Part shown: positions 13,276 through 25,812 of the stretch, piece after piece | Numbering within the stretch: position 1 is the first letter of the stretch | Layout of the letters: the number at the start of each line of letters is the position of its first letter | Assembly: GCF_032444005.1 (NCBI RefSeq) | Contig: NC_091291.1 | Coordinates: 10,540,001-10,604,000 of the forward strand | Direction: 5' to 3' | Length of the DNA: 64,000 nt | From: Ranitomeya imitator | Lineage: Eukaryota | Program-made: the position numbers and the translations under genes | Notes under the pieces: generated by a model | Told to the model about the DNA's origin: nothing | Databases searched by the model: none | The model's input: the letters and a program-made list of their open reading frames with translations, nothing else

Positions 13276-13949
13276 GTAAGATCCAACACAAAGTGTAATT
13301 AAACTTATAACTATCAATAATTCTGACTTAATTATAGTTACTGTGCATGATCCTCCTTTATCTTACACTTACGGTTCGGAGGGTAGATTCATCACCACCT
13401 TCCTAATTTAGCACCGTACTTTTAGTCCATGGATTGGCATGAGTGAATCAGCTGAAATTAGAATTATTTGCTTGAATTTGGAAAACAAATGAAATAATAA
13501 TCAAATGTATCCACCGCGATTCCGACGTGCTTTATCATGGTCGGTGTTCTCTCTGTACTGTAATAATCGGGAGAATCAATGAATAGTGCGGTGAATTCAT
13601 CACTCGTTTGTTTAGTTCCCGCAAGTCTCTATCTGGTTCCCTACAACTCCGGTCTCTTCCAGTCAAACAACGTTATCTTTTACGTCTTCATGCACTTTGC
13701 ACCAGTGCTGCACGCGTTGAGTTGGATTTGGTTGACACAAGTCTTGATGGCTCTTACAGAGGTCTTTGTGGCTTCTTATGAAGTGTGTTGTATTCCTCCA
13801 ACCGATTGCCCCCTTGAAGAAGACGAGTCCGATCATTGACAGTGCACATAAACTGTGACCTAAAGATAAAACAGATCTTAGGAAAGGGTCACAATATTTA
13901 GGCCATTTATGAGTTTTCAGTCATAATTATTATTATTATAACTAGCGTG

Positions 13950-14700
13950 GCTTTTGCTATTTTTTTTGTAGGATATTCCCCGCACCAATGCCATTATCTA
14001 TGCCCTTGTTAAACATGGCAGCGATATATTTCATCATTTACGGAGCATGCGCCGGCTGCACCTCGTCCTGCTTGGTTCCCATTGGCTGCGCGCCGACTCC
14101 CGGGTCACGTGGGGCCCGACGTGTTTCCGGCTTTCGGCCGCCCGGCGTGCTGGGACCAGGCGGACGTTAGGTAATGCGGGGCTGCACCATGCTGTCCATG
14201 CATCTCTATTTATTCTCCATGCCCCTCTGCATCTATGCGCCCCTTGAGGAAGGTACCATACCGAAACGCGCGTCGGGGTGCGGTTTCTGCCATCAATACT
14301 AGGTAATAAGCATCCATGTATTGATGTTAGTACTTGATTCGCTGGCACTATAGCTATGAAATATATGAATTGGATTATCCTTTGATTGTTTGCATGGTTA
14401 TCACAAGCTATATATGTCGGTGACAACTATTATTATCGCACTTTGCACCTTTGGATTTTGTGGACCGCCGGTATGCTATTACCCTTTCCCGGGACACACC
14501 TGACCTTGGGCTTGGCTTGATGCTGATGACGTCCTGTGTCATCTTTTTTTAGCCCCATTGTGTCTGTCTGTTTGGTATACTTTGTTTGATCTTCTTTTGT
14601 TTATAATAAAGCGTTAATAATTGCTGGATTCTATGACTGCCGTGTGGTTCCTAGGTTTTCTGTAGTTACAAGGGAGCGGCTAGTGCCTGAGAAATTATTA
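13950..14700 (+). mobile_element. Penelope-like element terminal-repeat remnant in a TIL-B intron
   Basis: GC-rich segment with ATTGG and a minimal hammerhead ribozyme, followed by an AT-rich tail with AATAAA. No RT or GIY-YIG ORF is visible; boundaries are approximate. Confidence 0.5.
14237..14281 (+). ncRNA. Minimal type-I hammerhead ribozyme (Penelope-associated, dimer type)
   Basis: Stem I GCGCCCC/GGGGTGC; core TTGAGGA (C3U variant); extra A; stem II GGT-ACCAT-ACC; GAAA; palindromic stem III ACGCGCGT; GUC cleavage triplet at 14272-14274. Confidence 0.75.
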
Positions 14701-14976
14701 TTGTCTTCTTTCATCTTCTTCTACTAAATTGATCAATTCTTTTGTCTTTTTGGGGCACGTGAAAGTCCAGCGTTAAAGGTTCCTAAGCTGTGTAGATCCA
14801 CCAATCACCATTACTATTTGGCCAATGTGTCGATTAGCGACTCCTTTAGTAGGTGGGGGAGGTGGTGGCAGTTGGTTTGGATTAAGGCTTGGGGTTTGCG
14901 ATCTCTTTTCCCCCATCCTATATTTTCTACTTAGTGAATGATGATGTTTTATGTTGTTTTTTTCTACTTCCTGCAG

Positions 14977-15033
14977 TGGAGAATAGCACACCAGCACCGA
15001 CTACAGGCCAGAATGAGACACCTTCTGATAATA
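14977..15033 (+). CDS. TIL-B exon 3: Thr/Pro/Ser spacer (L)ENSTPAPTTGQNETPSDN
   Basis: Acceptor TTCTACTTCCTGCAG|, donor A|GTGAGT, 57 nt, phase 1-1; two N-glycosylation sequons. Confidence 0.8.
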
Positions 15034-15388
15034 GTGAGTATGGCCGGCCTAATCACTGTACACCCGGGCCTCTGCTTCTTGTACCACATATCTTTTTGAA
15101 GTAGAGGAGGATGGACTGTGACCGAGAGGGACTGGAAAAGAGCTCCACCGGACCTATTTTCTATGTGCGCCATGGGGGATTGTGTTCTGTGATAGCCCAA
15201 CATCTGTCTTTTACGAAGGTTTAGTCATCCCTTTTTATTTTAAGATCAAGCCCAGGGTGGTTTAAGAGTAAACAAATAACACATGCTCACCTACTTATCC
15301 CCATAGCTTCACTATACCATGACCATTGCCCAAGATCAAAGCTTCTCTCCTTGCTTCCACTGGTGATGGCTCATGTTTGTGAGTTCAG

Positions 15389-17020
15389 GTGACACCACTG
15401 TTTCACCCAGAACGCAAAAGACCTTCATTAACACTATCGATTCACCTAAGAAATCCTAGACTTTTATTGACATCACTACTTCACCTAACGAACCAGAAAA
15501 TTTCATTAGTATCACTGCTTTTTCTAAGGAGACAGAGACTTCTTTAGACATCACTGCTTCGACCAAGGAACCAGAGAGTATAATTGAAACCAATGCCTTA
15601 GACAAAAATGTTGACATTCATTGACATCACTGCACCACCCAAAGAGAAAAAGACTTTTGTGGACATCACTCCTTTACCCAAGAAACCTGAAACTTTTATT
15701 GACACCACTGCTTCTCCTAAGAAGACGTAGCTTTTCTTCGACATCACTGCTTTATCTAAAGAACCAGAGATACTCATTGAAACCACGGCTTTATTCAAAC
15801 TTTCAAAGATGCAGAGACTTTCAAACACATTATTTCTGCAGCCAATGAACCAGAGAATTTCATTGACACCACTTCCTCACCCAAGGACATGGATACTTTC
15901 ATTAGAATAACTCACCCAAGGACCTGGAAACTTCTTAAGCAAAGAACCTGGAGTCTTTCATTAACACCACATTTTTACCTAAAGACCTGGATGCTTTCAT
16001 TTCTTCACCCAAGGACCAGGAGACTTTAATTGACACCACTTCTTCAACCAATAATCTGGAGATTTTCATTTGTACCACTTCTTCACCCAAGGACCTGGAG
16101 ACTTTAATTGACACCGCTTATTCACCCAAAGACCTGTAGACTTTTTTTACACCACTTCTTCACCCAAGGACCTGTAGATTTTCATTGGCATCACTTCTTC
16201 ACCCAAGGACCTGGAGACTTTCATCGACACCATTTCTTCACTCGAGGACCTGGAGACTTTACTTGACACCACTTCTTCACCCAAGGACCTGGAGATTTTC
16301 ATTTTATACCACTTTTTCACCCAAGGACCTGGAGAATTTCATTGGCATCACTTCTTCACATAAGGACCTGGAGATTTTTACTTGCATCACTTTTTCACGC
16401 AATAAGCGAGAGACTTTTATTGGCATCACTTCTTCATCCAAAATCATGGATATTTTTATTGGCAGCACTTGTTTACCCACAGGCATGGAGAATTTCAGTA
16501 GCTTTACTTATTCACCCAAGTACCTGGAGACTTTCATTAGCATCACTTCTTCATCCAAAATCCTGGAGATTTTTATTGGCATCACTTGTTTTCCCACGGA
16601 CATTGAGAATTCCATTGACATCACTTCTTCACTTAAGGACCTGAAGACTTTTATTTGCATTACTTTTTTTAACCTGGAGACTTTCATTGGCATAACTTAT
16701 TCCCTTGTTCATCCAAGGACCTGGATAATTTAATTAGTATTACTTATTCCCTTAAGTACCTGGAGACTTTTGTTGACACCAATTCATCATCCAAAGACCT
16801 GGAGACTTTCATTTACACCAGTTCTTTACCCAAGGACCTGGAGACTTTCGTTTACACCACTTCTTTACCCAAGGACCTGGAGACTTTCATTGACACCACT
16901 TCTTTACCCAAGAACCTGGATACATTTATTGGCATAACTCCTTGATCCAAAGACTTGAGACCTTCATTGGAATCACTTCTTCACCCAATGACCTGTAGAC
17001 TTCTTTTGGCACCTCATCTT
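15389..17020 (+). pseudogene. Decayed mucin-like (PTS) pseudo-exon made of 39-bp/13-aa repeats, consensus FIDTTSSPKDLET
   Basis: Phase-1 acceptor GAGTTCAG|GT GAC ACC ACT is in frame with exon 3. In-frame TAG at 15457, further GAG>TAG changes near 16137 and 16174, and frameshifts. No clear donor. Confidence 0.6.
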
Positions 17021-17181
17021 CACCTTTAGTTATGCATATCCAACTACTTCATATTTTATTTAGTTTTTAATTTCGTTTTTTCTTTCCAAACTTCATTTTT
17101 TAATTTAGATGCATTGTAATAGTAAAAGCTTAGTTTCTGAAGTGGATATAACCCTTGCATTTACCATTGTTTTGTAACCAG

Positions 17182-17370
17182 ATTCCACCATAACCTGCCC
17201 TCCTGACGCTGAAGTATATAACTGTACAGGGTGCTGGTCAGAATGTCCCATTGCAAGAAATATTTGTAGCAGTGAATGCAAGGAAGGATGCACATGTAAA
17301 ATTCTCGGATATTTCCTCCATAATGACAATTGCTTTCCACTTTCTCAGTGCCCGTACCTCCCACTGAAGG
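17182..17370 (+). CDS. TIL-B exon: TIL domain 1 (10 Cys)
   Basis: Acceptor TTTTGTAACCAG|, donor G|GTAAGA, 189 nt. STITCPPDAEVYNCTGCWSECPIARNICSSECKEGCTCKILGYFLHNDNCFPLSQCPYLPLK. Missed by the ORF track because there is no in-frame start. Confidence 0.9.
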
Positions 17371-17689
17371 GTAAGAAATCATGTAATTATATTTGTTTTC
17401 AGAAAAGGGAAGAATGGCAACAGCGGTAAAATATATATTGTATCCGTGTATACTCGTGGTCGAGTGAGCTTCTCAATCTATCTATCACATCACATAGTAT
17501 CGCAAAACCAAACATCGTAGCCTGTATAAAAGTAGAGGCAGGGAATGCAGCAGCCATTTACTGTGTATCTGTATAATGATAGGACATAACAGCTCAAAGC
17601 GCAACACTAGAGAATTTGTGTATGTGTTTTACAACGGTGAGAAAAATTAGCATGGGAAGTGAAGAAAGGAGAATAATTCAGAGATTCAT

Positions 17690-18470
17690 TTTTGTTTCAT
17701 TGTTCGTGCAGAAACGAGCCAACAATATTGCAGAAAGAAAAAAATAGCTCAGTGACTTCCAAAGTGTGTACGTCACAAACTATTGTACTGAGACTTTGGA
17801 CACCTGTTACATTAGTCCTATTGTCATTATATTTTGGATATGTAACGACCAAGAATTTCTTGCTTTCTAGCCTTTCACCAAAAGTGACCAAAGTTCCGAG
17901 GTTCACGGAACTGCGTACCGACCAGGTGTCCATAAGGTACACAAAGCGTGCGTGTCACAAACTATTGTTTTTTTTTTGCATTCCTGTTTTATTAGTTATC
18001 AAGTGCGGACTATTAAATAAAGTGACAAAAAAAATTACCTAATAGGTAAAAAACTAAAAAAAACCACAAAAGTTCAAATCAGCACTCTTTTGCCCCATTG
18101 AAAAAAAAATATTTGGTATCAATAATGTCCAATCTATCAAAGATCTATAAAAAGAATTAATCTGCTCTGATAATGGCGTAACAAGAAAAAATCGAAACCC
18201 AAGAATTATGGGTTTTTTTGGCCTTCGCAACAGGTGATCAAAACATCGTATGTGCCACAAAATGGTATCAATACAAATGTCAGCTCAGGGCGTAAAAACT
18301 AAGCTCTCATCAGCCCCAAATCCCGAATAATCGAGACGCTACTGGTCTTGGAAATTGGCGACAAGCGCAAAACTTTTTTTTTCATACAAATTTCGGATTT
18401 TTTTTTTTACCGCTTTTATTAAAAATAAACTAGACATGTTTGGTATCTGTGCACTCGTACTGACCTGCGG
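17690..18470. mobile_element. Non-autonomous DNA-transposon-like interspersed repeat remnants (related pieces at about 18760-19400, 37690-38040 and 44200-44380)
   Basis: Shared motifs such as TTTGGTATC, GATCTATAAAA, AAATTGGCGACA and TAAGC(C/T)CTCA recur among these segments. Family assignment is uncertain. Confidence 0.4.
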
Positions 18471-18495
18471 AATCCTATTTTCTTTCATTCTTTAG

Positions 18496-18675
18496 ATAAA
18501 ATATGTCCGGGTAACATGGTGTGGAGAAATTGCTCAGTTTGTAAAGATTATTGCCCAGTTCAAGGACAAAGGTGTATAAAGAAGTGCAGGACGGGGTGTG
18601 TTTGTAAGGGCGACTTTTTGCTATATTATGGGAGATGTATCCACAAATCTGCCTGTCCACAGAGATTCGCTTTTG
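18496..18675 (+). CDS. TIL-B exon: TIL domain 2 (10 Cys)
   Basis: Acceptor TTCATTCTTTAG|, donor G|GTAAGA, 180 nt. KICPGNMVWRNCSVCKDYCPVQGQRCIKKCRTGCVCKGDFLLYYGRCIHKSACPQRFAF. Confidence 0.9.
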
Positions 18676-19732
18676 GTAAGAATTATACTGTTTTTCTTTT
18701 TTAACTTTTTTTTTTTCCTTTTCTTGTTATTTTAGTTTTCTTTTTTTCCACCTGTTAACTTGCTAAGTCACGCTAAGTAAAAATTAAAAAAAATTAAAAA
18801 TATTTAAAAAAAACACAAAATTTTTAACTCACTCCCCTTTTGCCCCATAAAAAACAAACAAACAAACAAAAAAAACAAACATATTTGGTATCGATGCATT
18901 CGTAAAAGTCCGATCGATCAAAATATAAAATAAATTAATCCACTCGGTAAGCGGTGTAATGAAAAAAAATCAGAATGCCAGAATTACCGTAATTCTTTCT
19001 TTGTTCACCACAACTTTGCTATAAAATGCAATAACATTGTATCTACCCTGAAATGGTATCGGTAAAAACGTCAACTTAGGGCACGAAAAATAAGCCATCA
19101 CCCTGCCCCAGATCCCAAAAACTGAAATTGGCGACAAAAGAAATTTTTCTTATCTTACACATTCCTTATTTTTGTTTCATCACTTTAGTAAAAAAAAATA
19201 TACATGTGTGTTATCTACGTAATCATACCGACCTGGAGAATCATAATGGCAGGTCAGTTTTATCATATAGTGAATATGGTAAATAAAAAACAATTATGGA
19301 TTTGCAGTTTTTTGTAATTTCGACACACTTGAAATTTTGTTCCCATTCTCCAGTACCGTATATGGTAAAACCATTATGGAAACAGGAATACATCAGGTAG
19401 GACTGCTCTATATGGGTATACCTTGACGTGGAGCAGCTTAGTATACATTTTTTGCAAAAAGCGTATCAACCAAATACCCTGTTTTTTTTAAGATCTTTTT
19501 ACTAGCACTTGCAGATTACTGTGATTTTTTGAAACTGAGAGTTTGTGGTTTTACTATGCTCTTTTGTGTCTTCATGGTAAAACCATTGGTGCCGTTCAAA
19601 AGTCCAACCCATAGCCCTCATATGGCTATATGGCTGTAAAAACTAATAAAGTTATGGCTCTTGGAAGAAGGGGAAGAAAAATTGAAAAATGGCCAAGGCG
19701 TGAAGGGGATAACGTTAATGTCATTATTCTAG

Positions 19733-19911
19733 TTCCCAGCTGTCCCGATGGCCAGAGTTGGCATTACTGTGCTCCGTGCGAATCCTTTTGCTTTCCCGAA
19801 AGTAAATGTGGGAGGGAATGTGTACAAGGCTGCACGTGTGAAGACGAAGATTTGGTATGGTATGATGGAAAATGCATCAAAAGAGAAAAATGTCCTTCAC
19901 TTCCTTCTCAG
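19733..19911 (+). CDS. TIL-B exon: TIL domain 3 (10 Cys)
   Basis: Acceptor CATTATTCTAG|, phase-0 donor CAG|GTAATT. PSCPDGQSWHYCAPCESFCFPESKCGRECVQGCTCEDEDLVWYDGKCIKREKCPSLPSQ. Confidence 0.88.
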
Positions 19912-20431
19912 GTAATTTATTTTGCTTTGTTTTGTAATATTGTCTTGGTGGTTATGGTTGAATGGCACTAAACCAAAGAGAAAAAGCCAATCCAATGATG
20001 GATGATGGATGGATCGATTGGTGGTTGTCTGCCACCAGTAGTTTCCTGTACAGTGACCTCTTCTGTAGTATTGCATGGCGCCAATCGATGAACAGCCATA
20101 TAGCGTGTCCTTAGCCCATCCAATCAGTAGCTAATATGGCCAATCTGGTTTATATAACCTCCTGTAAGATGTCTAGATCCCTAAATAAGGCATAAATACA
20201 GGTGCTGACCAGTGAGGACAACCTGTGTAATATCTAATAATTGATCATTGGCTTCTTTAATAGGATTGTTCCGGAAAGAGAAAAATAGCAACGACACTTT
20301 CTTCCTAAAACAGCAGCTCAGCTCCTTTGAAGTGAATGCCAGAGAAAATCTGTAAATGGGTAACATGCTGTTTTTGGAGGAAAGTCATGTTTTAGTATTC
20401 ATGGACTAAGCCCTTTCAGAAAGAGTATGTT

Positions 20432-20981
20432 TGTCATGCTGCTGCAATGCAGGTAGGTGCAGGTTCCACTAGATTGCAGTAGAATGGAAGCATAAACAGA
20501 GCTGGCCTGCAGTGCAGCAGCGAGGCTACAATGAGAGGAAGCAGAATAATCCAACAAACCGGGTCAAATCCTAGATTGTAGCGTAGTACTAAAGAATAAG
20601 CAAACTCACGGTCAGAGACAAGCCAGGGGACCAGTAACGGTCAGGAGAGGATAAGGCAGAAGACAAAAGACAGAAGCAGGTCAGGGTACAAGCCAAGTCA
20701 AAACCAGGGAGTCGCACACTGAAGGGAAACATTGAGTCAAGATGGGAATAGGGGAAAACAGAGATACGGGTTCAGACCACAAGCGCAGCAGGACAAATCA
20801 GAGCAATCGGAGTCAGCTGCAGCAGCCCTATGCAAAAACTTTAACTGACATCGCCTGCAGGAAGTAGCGGCAATAAATAGCCAACCTGAGCCAAGACTGA
20901 GGCTAGGAAAGGTTAACTCTTGACATTACCAGACTAGAAAAAAGGGAAAACAGGACTCAAAACCCAGTCTGGATCATGACA
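20432..20981 (-). mobile_element. Solo LTR (550 bp) with a 5-bp target-site duplication
   Basis: Ends TGTCA...TGACA; ATGTT at 20427-20431 and 20982-20986. Its reverse complement resembles the LTR at 44565. Confidence 0.85.
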
Positions 20982-22227
20982 ATGTTAAAATGTTGTATTC
21001 GAATTTCAATGTCTATGTCAGGACTAGAATTGGTGCAAATGGATTCGAACGTTGGTCGGTAGAATGGGAGATGGAGTAACGCCTCTTAACCGATGGTGTC
21101 CGCAGATCTTCTTTTGATTGGCTGGCCTGGAATGATGTCACATGGTCATCATGCCACAATAATGGTGTTATGCCAGGCTAAAAAAATCAAAAGAAGGTCC
21201 ATGGACACCGTCAGGCAAGAAGCAGTAGGCCCTCTCCTATTCCAACGGCCACAGACTACTGTTATGGCCACTGAAACGGGACTTAGAATTAAATTCACAC
21301 CCATTCTAGTCTGGATCATAACCAGTACATTCGGGAGGTTTTCCAGAGAATGGGATGCATATATGATGCCCACCAGACTCCTCTTAGCTCATGATATAGA
21401 AGCGAGAGATGATGGATAAACCCTTTAATAGTCAAGATTCTGAATCCATAGGTGAAGAAATGTCGCCCCAAACTGGTCCAGTGCAGATTTTCGGGTGGTG
21501 AGACCAGTCTGATATGGTCTAAGTTTTGACTTGTATTTTCTCTTAGCCCTAGATGTGAATCATCCCTCCATGATGACGTCTCCCAGCACCACATCAGACG
21601 AGATCCTCCACCCATCACACTGCTAAAAATGAAGTACAAGAACCTCCTCTGAAACCCTTAGGATATGTTCACACGTTGCCTTTTTGCAACGTTTTTTTTT
21701 CGGTGGCTTTTTTTTCTATGTGGAAAAAGAGAAAAATAATGGAAGAATGTCAATTTTTTTTCAGCTTCTTTGTTGCAGTTTTTTTTACTCATTTACATGA
21801 ATGGATTTTACTAATTCACTTGAATGGATTTAAAAGCATGATAAAATGTATAAAAAATGCATGAAAAAAAGTACCAAAACATGTATGAAGCATCTATCCT
21901 GCCAACATTCTGAATTTTTCATGCATAAAAAGAAAACAAAAACGCTGCAAAAAAGCATTGTGTGAACATAATATTAAACCTCATTACTGCCTGTGATTAT
22001 AAGTGAATGATCCTTATAAAAATACAATGATTTCACTGTGATAATAAACTGCAGCTGATTCCACCTCGTTAGTTTGTACTGTAATCATTTTTACACTAGA
22101 AAGAGAGAGCAAGACAGCGCAATATCCCGTCCTGAATAAGCAGAGACAGCAGCATAATAAAGAGAAGATGGCCCAATGAAGACCACACCGGTGACTGGAG
22201 CGAAGAAAACTACTGATCAGGAATGGG

Positions 22228-22686
22228 TGTCACGGCTCACGGGGAAGCTGCACGCTACAGCAAGGGAGCCGAGCAGCGGGGAACTCACCGGGTAGCAAAC
22301 AGGACCTGAACCACGTGACAGAGTAGGAGGTGGTCGAGGGCGGCGCCAGATGCCAGGGTACAGAGGAGACAATATACATTCGAGAGTAGTTAAACGTGCC
22401 AAGATCAAAACCAGGAGATAACAAGGTAACCGAGGGGTGAGACGGAGGGATAGAAAGGGAGCCAGATGTCAGAAAGCCAACAGAACAAACAAGCGCAAGG
22501 AGAAAAACACAAGCAAAGGCAAACCGAGCACACACTCCAGGGGTCAGACACACAGACTAAATGAAAGTATAGATGACAGGGAATACTAGTCTGGAGTGTC
22601 TATAAATACCCCTCCCAGATCCAAAGAGAGGGCAGCAATATTAACCATGAGAGAGCAGGACATGAACCATGTACTATACCATGACA
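22228..22686. mobile_element. Solo-LTR-like element (459 bp)
   Basis: Ends TGTCA...TGACA. No target-site duplication is visible (ATGGG versus AATAC). Confidence 0.6.
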
Positions 22687-22689
22687 AAT

Positions 22690-24610
22690 ACAGGAGGTAG
22701 CTCAGGATCAATACAGGATCAGTGATGTAATGTATGTAGACAGTGACTGCACCAGCAGAATAGTGAGTGCAGCTCTGGAGTATAATACAGGATGTAACTC
22801 AGGATCAGTAATGTAATGTATGTACACAGTGACTGCACCAGCAGAATAGTGAGTGCAGCTCTGGAGTATAATACAGGATGTAACTCATGGTCAGTAATGT
22901 AATGTATGTACACAGTGACTGCACCAGCAGAATAGTGAGTGCAGCTCTGGAGTATAATACAGGATGTAACTCAGGATCAGTAATGTAATGTATGTACACA
23001 GTGACTGCACCAGCAGAATAGTGAGTGCAGCTCTGGAGTATAATACAGGATGTAACTCATGGTCAGTAATGTAATGTATGTACACAGTGACTGCACCAGC
23101 AGAATAGTGAGTGCAGCTCTGGAGTATAATACAGGATGTAACTCATGGTCAGTAATGTAATGTATGTACACAGTGACTGCACCAGCAGAATAGTGAGTGC
23201 AGCTCTGGAGTATAATACAGGATGTAACTCATGGTCAGTAATGTAATGTATGTACACAGTGACTGCACCAGCAGAATAGTGAGTGCAGCTCTGGAGTATA
23301 ATACAGGATGTAACTCAGGATCAGTAATGTAATGTATGTACACAGTGACTGCACCAGCAGAATAGTGAGTGCAGCTCTGGAGTATAATACAGGATGTAAC
23401 TCATGGTCAGTAATGTAATGTATGTACACAGTGACTGCACCAGCAGAATAGCGAGTGCAGCTGTGGAGTATAATACAGGATGTAACTCAGGATCAGTAAT
23501 GTAATGTATGTACACAGTGACTTCACCAGCAGAATAGTGAGTGCAGCTCTGGGGTATAATACAGAATGTAACTCAGGATCAGTAATGTAATGTATGTACA
23601 CAGTGACTGCACCAGCAGAATAGTGAGTGCAGCTCTGGAGTATAATACAGGATGTAACTCAGGATCAGTAATGTAATGTATGTACACAGTGACTGCTCCA
23701 GCAGAATAGTGAGTGCAGCTCTGGGGTATAATACAGGATGTAACTCAGGATCAGTGATGTAATGTATGTACACAGTGGCTGCACCAGCAGAATAGTGAGT
23801 GCAGCTCTGGAGTATAATACAGGATGTAACTCATGGTCAGTAATGTAATGTATGTACACAGTGACTGCACCAGCAGAATAGTGAGTGCAGCTCTGGAGTA
23901 TAATACAGGATGTAACTCAGGGTCAGTAATGTAATGTATGTACACAGTGACTGCACCAGCAGAATAGTGAGTGCAGCTCTGGAGTATAATACAGGATGTA
24001 ACTCATGGTCAGTAATGTAATGTATGTACACAGTGACTGCACCAGCAGAATAGTGAGTGCAGCTCTGGAGTATAATACAGGATGTAACTCATGGTCAGTA
24101 ATGTAATGTATGTACACAGTGACTGCACCAGCAGAATAGTGAGTGCAGCTCTGGAGTATAATACAGGATGTAACTCAGGATCAGTAATGTAATGTATGTA
24201 CACAGTGACTGCACCAGCAGAATAGTGAGTGCAGCTCTGGAGTATAATACAGGATGTAACTCATGGTCAGTAATGTAATGTATGTACACAGTGACTGCAC
24301 CAGCAGAATAGCGAGTGCAGCTGTGGAGTATAATACAGGATGTAACTCGGGATCAGTAATGTAATGTATGTACACAGTGACTTCACCAGCAGAATAGTGA
24401 GTGCAGCTCTGGGGTATAATACAGGATGTAACTCAGGATCAGTAATGTAATGTATGTAGACAGTGACTGCACCAGCAGAATAGTGAGTGCAGCTCTGGAG
24501 TATAATACAGGATGTAACTCAGGATCAGTAATGTAATGTATATACACAGTGACTGCACCAGCAGAATAGTGAGTGCAGCTCTGGAGCATAATACAGGATG
24601 TAAGTCAGGA
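22690..24610. repeat. 86-bp tandem satellite
   Basis: Unit CAGTGACTGCACCAGCAGAATAGTGAGTGCAGCTCTGGAGTATAATACAGGATGTAACTCA(G/T)G(A/G)TCAGTAATGTAATGTATGTACA, about 22 copies; ORF-track hits recur every 86 nt. Confidence 0.95.
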
Positions 24611-25812
24611 TATGTACAGAAGTAATATATGTACAGTGTAGAATGACTAACTCTTTATATAGAATCCTTTTACATGTAGATGATAAGATAATGATCAGAG
24701 GTAGACACAGACTTCACTGCCTCCTCTACAAATGATTTGAATACTGTGTGGATCTTTCCTCTTTCTCCTCTATTTCGTCAGTTATAATGGCCCCCGGTTT
24801 CTATAAGAATAACCATGAGGGGTATAAGAAGTTGACAAGAACCTAATTTGCCAATGATTTAGACTGAATCTATGGACTCAAATTAAATATTGCCTACACT
24901 TCATACATTGTTATTCTGCTATTAGATGAGAGCAGCACTAGCGCTTTATCAGTTTGCAGCCTTGTAATATAAACGTGTTCTCATTCACTGACAGATAGCA
25001 GAAATATTGATAATGATGAGTAAATGAAACATAGGTATGCTCAAAAGTTATAAAACTTTCATTCTACAGAGATAAAGCTTCAACATAAATGTCATAATCC
25101 CGTCTGTACATTACTGTGTGCATGATGCTCTGCAATTAAAGGCCTAATCCAAACTCACGCTTCTTACGTTTGTCTCAGACTTGGGGCTTTGAAGCTAATT
25201 CTGCTAATGTGATGGAGGCGTCGTTCTTAATATTTCAGCTGGGTAGTCACATAACTATAAAGACAATAACAGGATGTAAATGTGTTTTTTTCTATGAAAA
25301 ACTAAATTTGATACATCGTTTTAACCCAGGAAAGCACCATTACTCATATTCATGATATGTAACTTAGCAAATATTTCCATACCATACATAATATCAAGAA
25401 AATAATATATTGATAGTGTGGTAGATCGGCTCAGGAACGCTGTCTCTTTAAACCTCTCACTGGTTTATTAAGGATACTGCATAAACCAGTGGAGAGTTGG
25501 CAAAAACAAACACATACTTTCTAGCCTAAGAAAAACAAAAATATAACACAAAAGCACAGACCTTGTTGTTGCTGGAATCCGCTCACTTGGGTTAGCAAAA
25601 CACAATCACCTCTCTGGAGTTAACCTCTCCAGACACACTGAACACTGAGTGTCTCAGAAGGCCGAGTATTTAAATCCCAGACCCCCCACTGGGGTGGAGA
25701 TATGGTAAACAACCTCCCACCCACTATATACTCCTAAATCAGGTGGCCACTAATCAAAGCACTAGTGTCATACTATATACATTATACGGTGTGTGTGTAT
25801 ATACTGTATATA

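Noticed and set aside
11867-13317. 400-470 aa ORFs rich in Y/L/S/I
   Set aside because: They are translations of the TATC microsatellite and N gaps.
22719-24589. Series of near-identical 64-aa ORFs and a CRISPR-like look
   Set aside because: These come from a pure 86-bp tandem satellite with no unique spacers and no cas genes, in a eukaryotic context.
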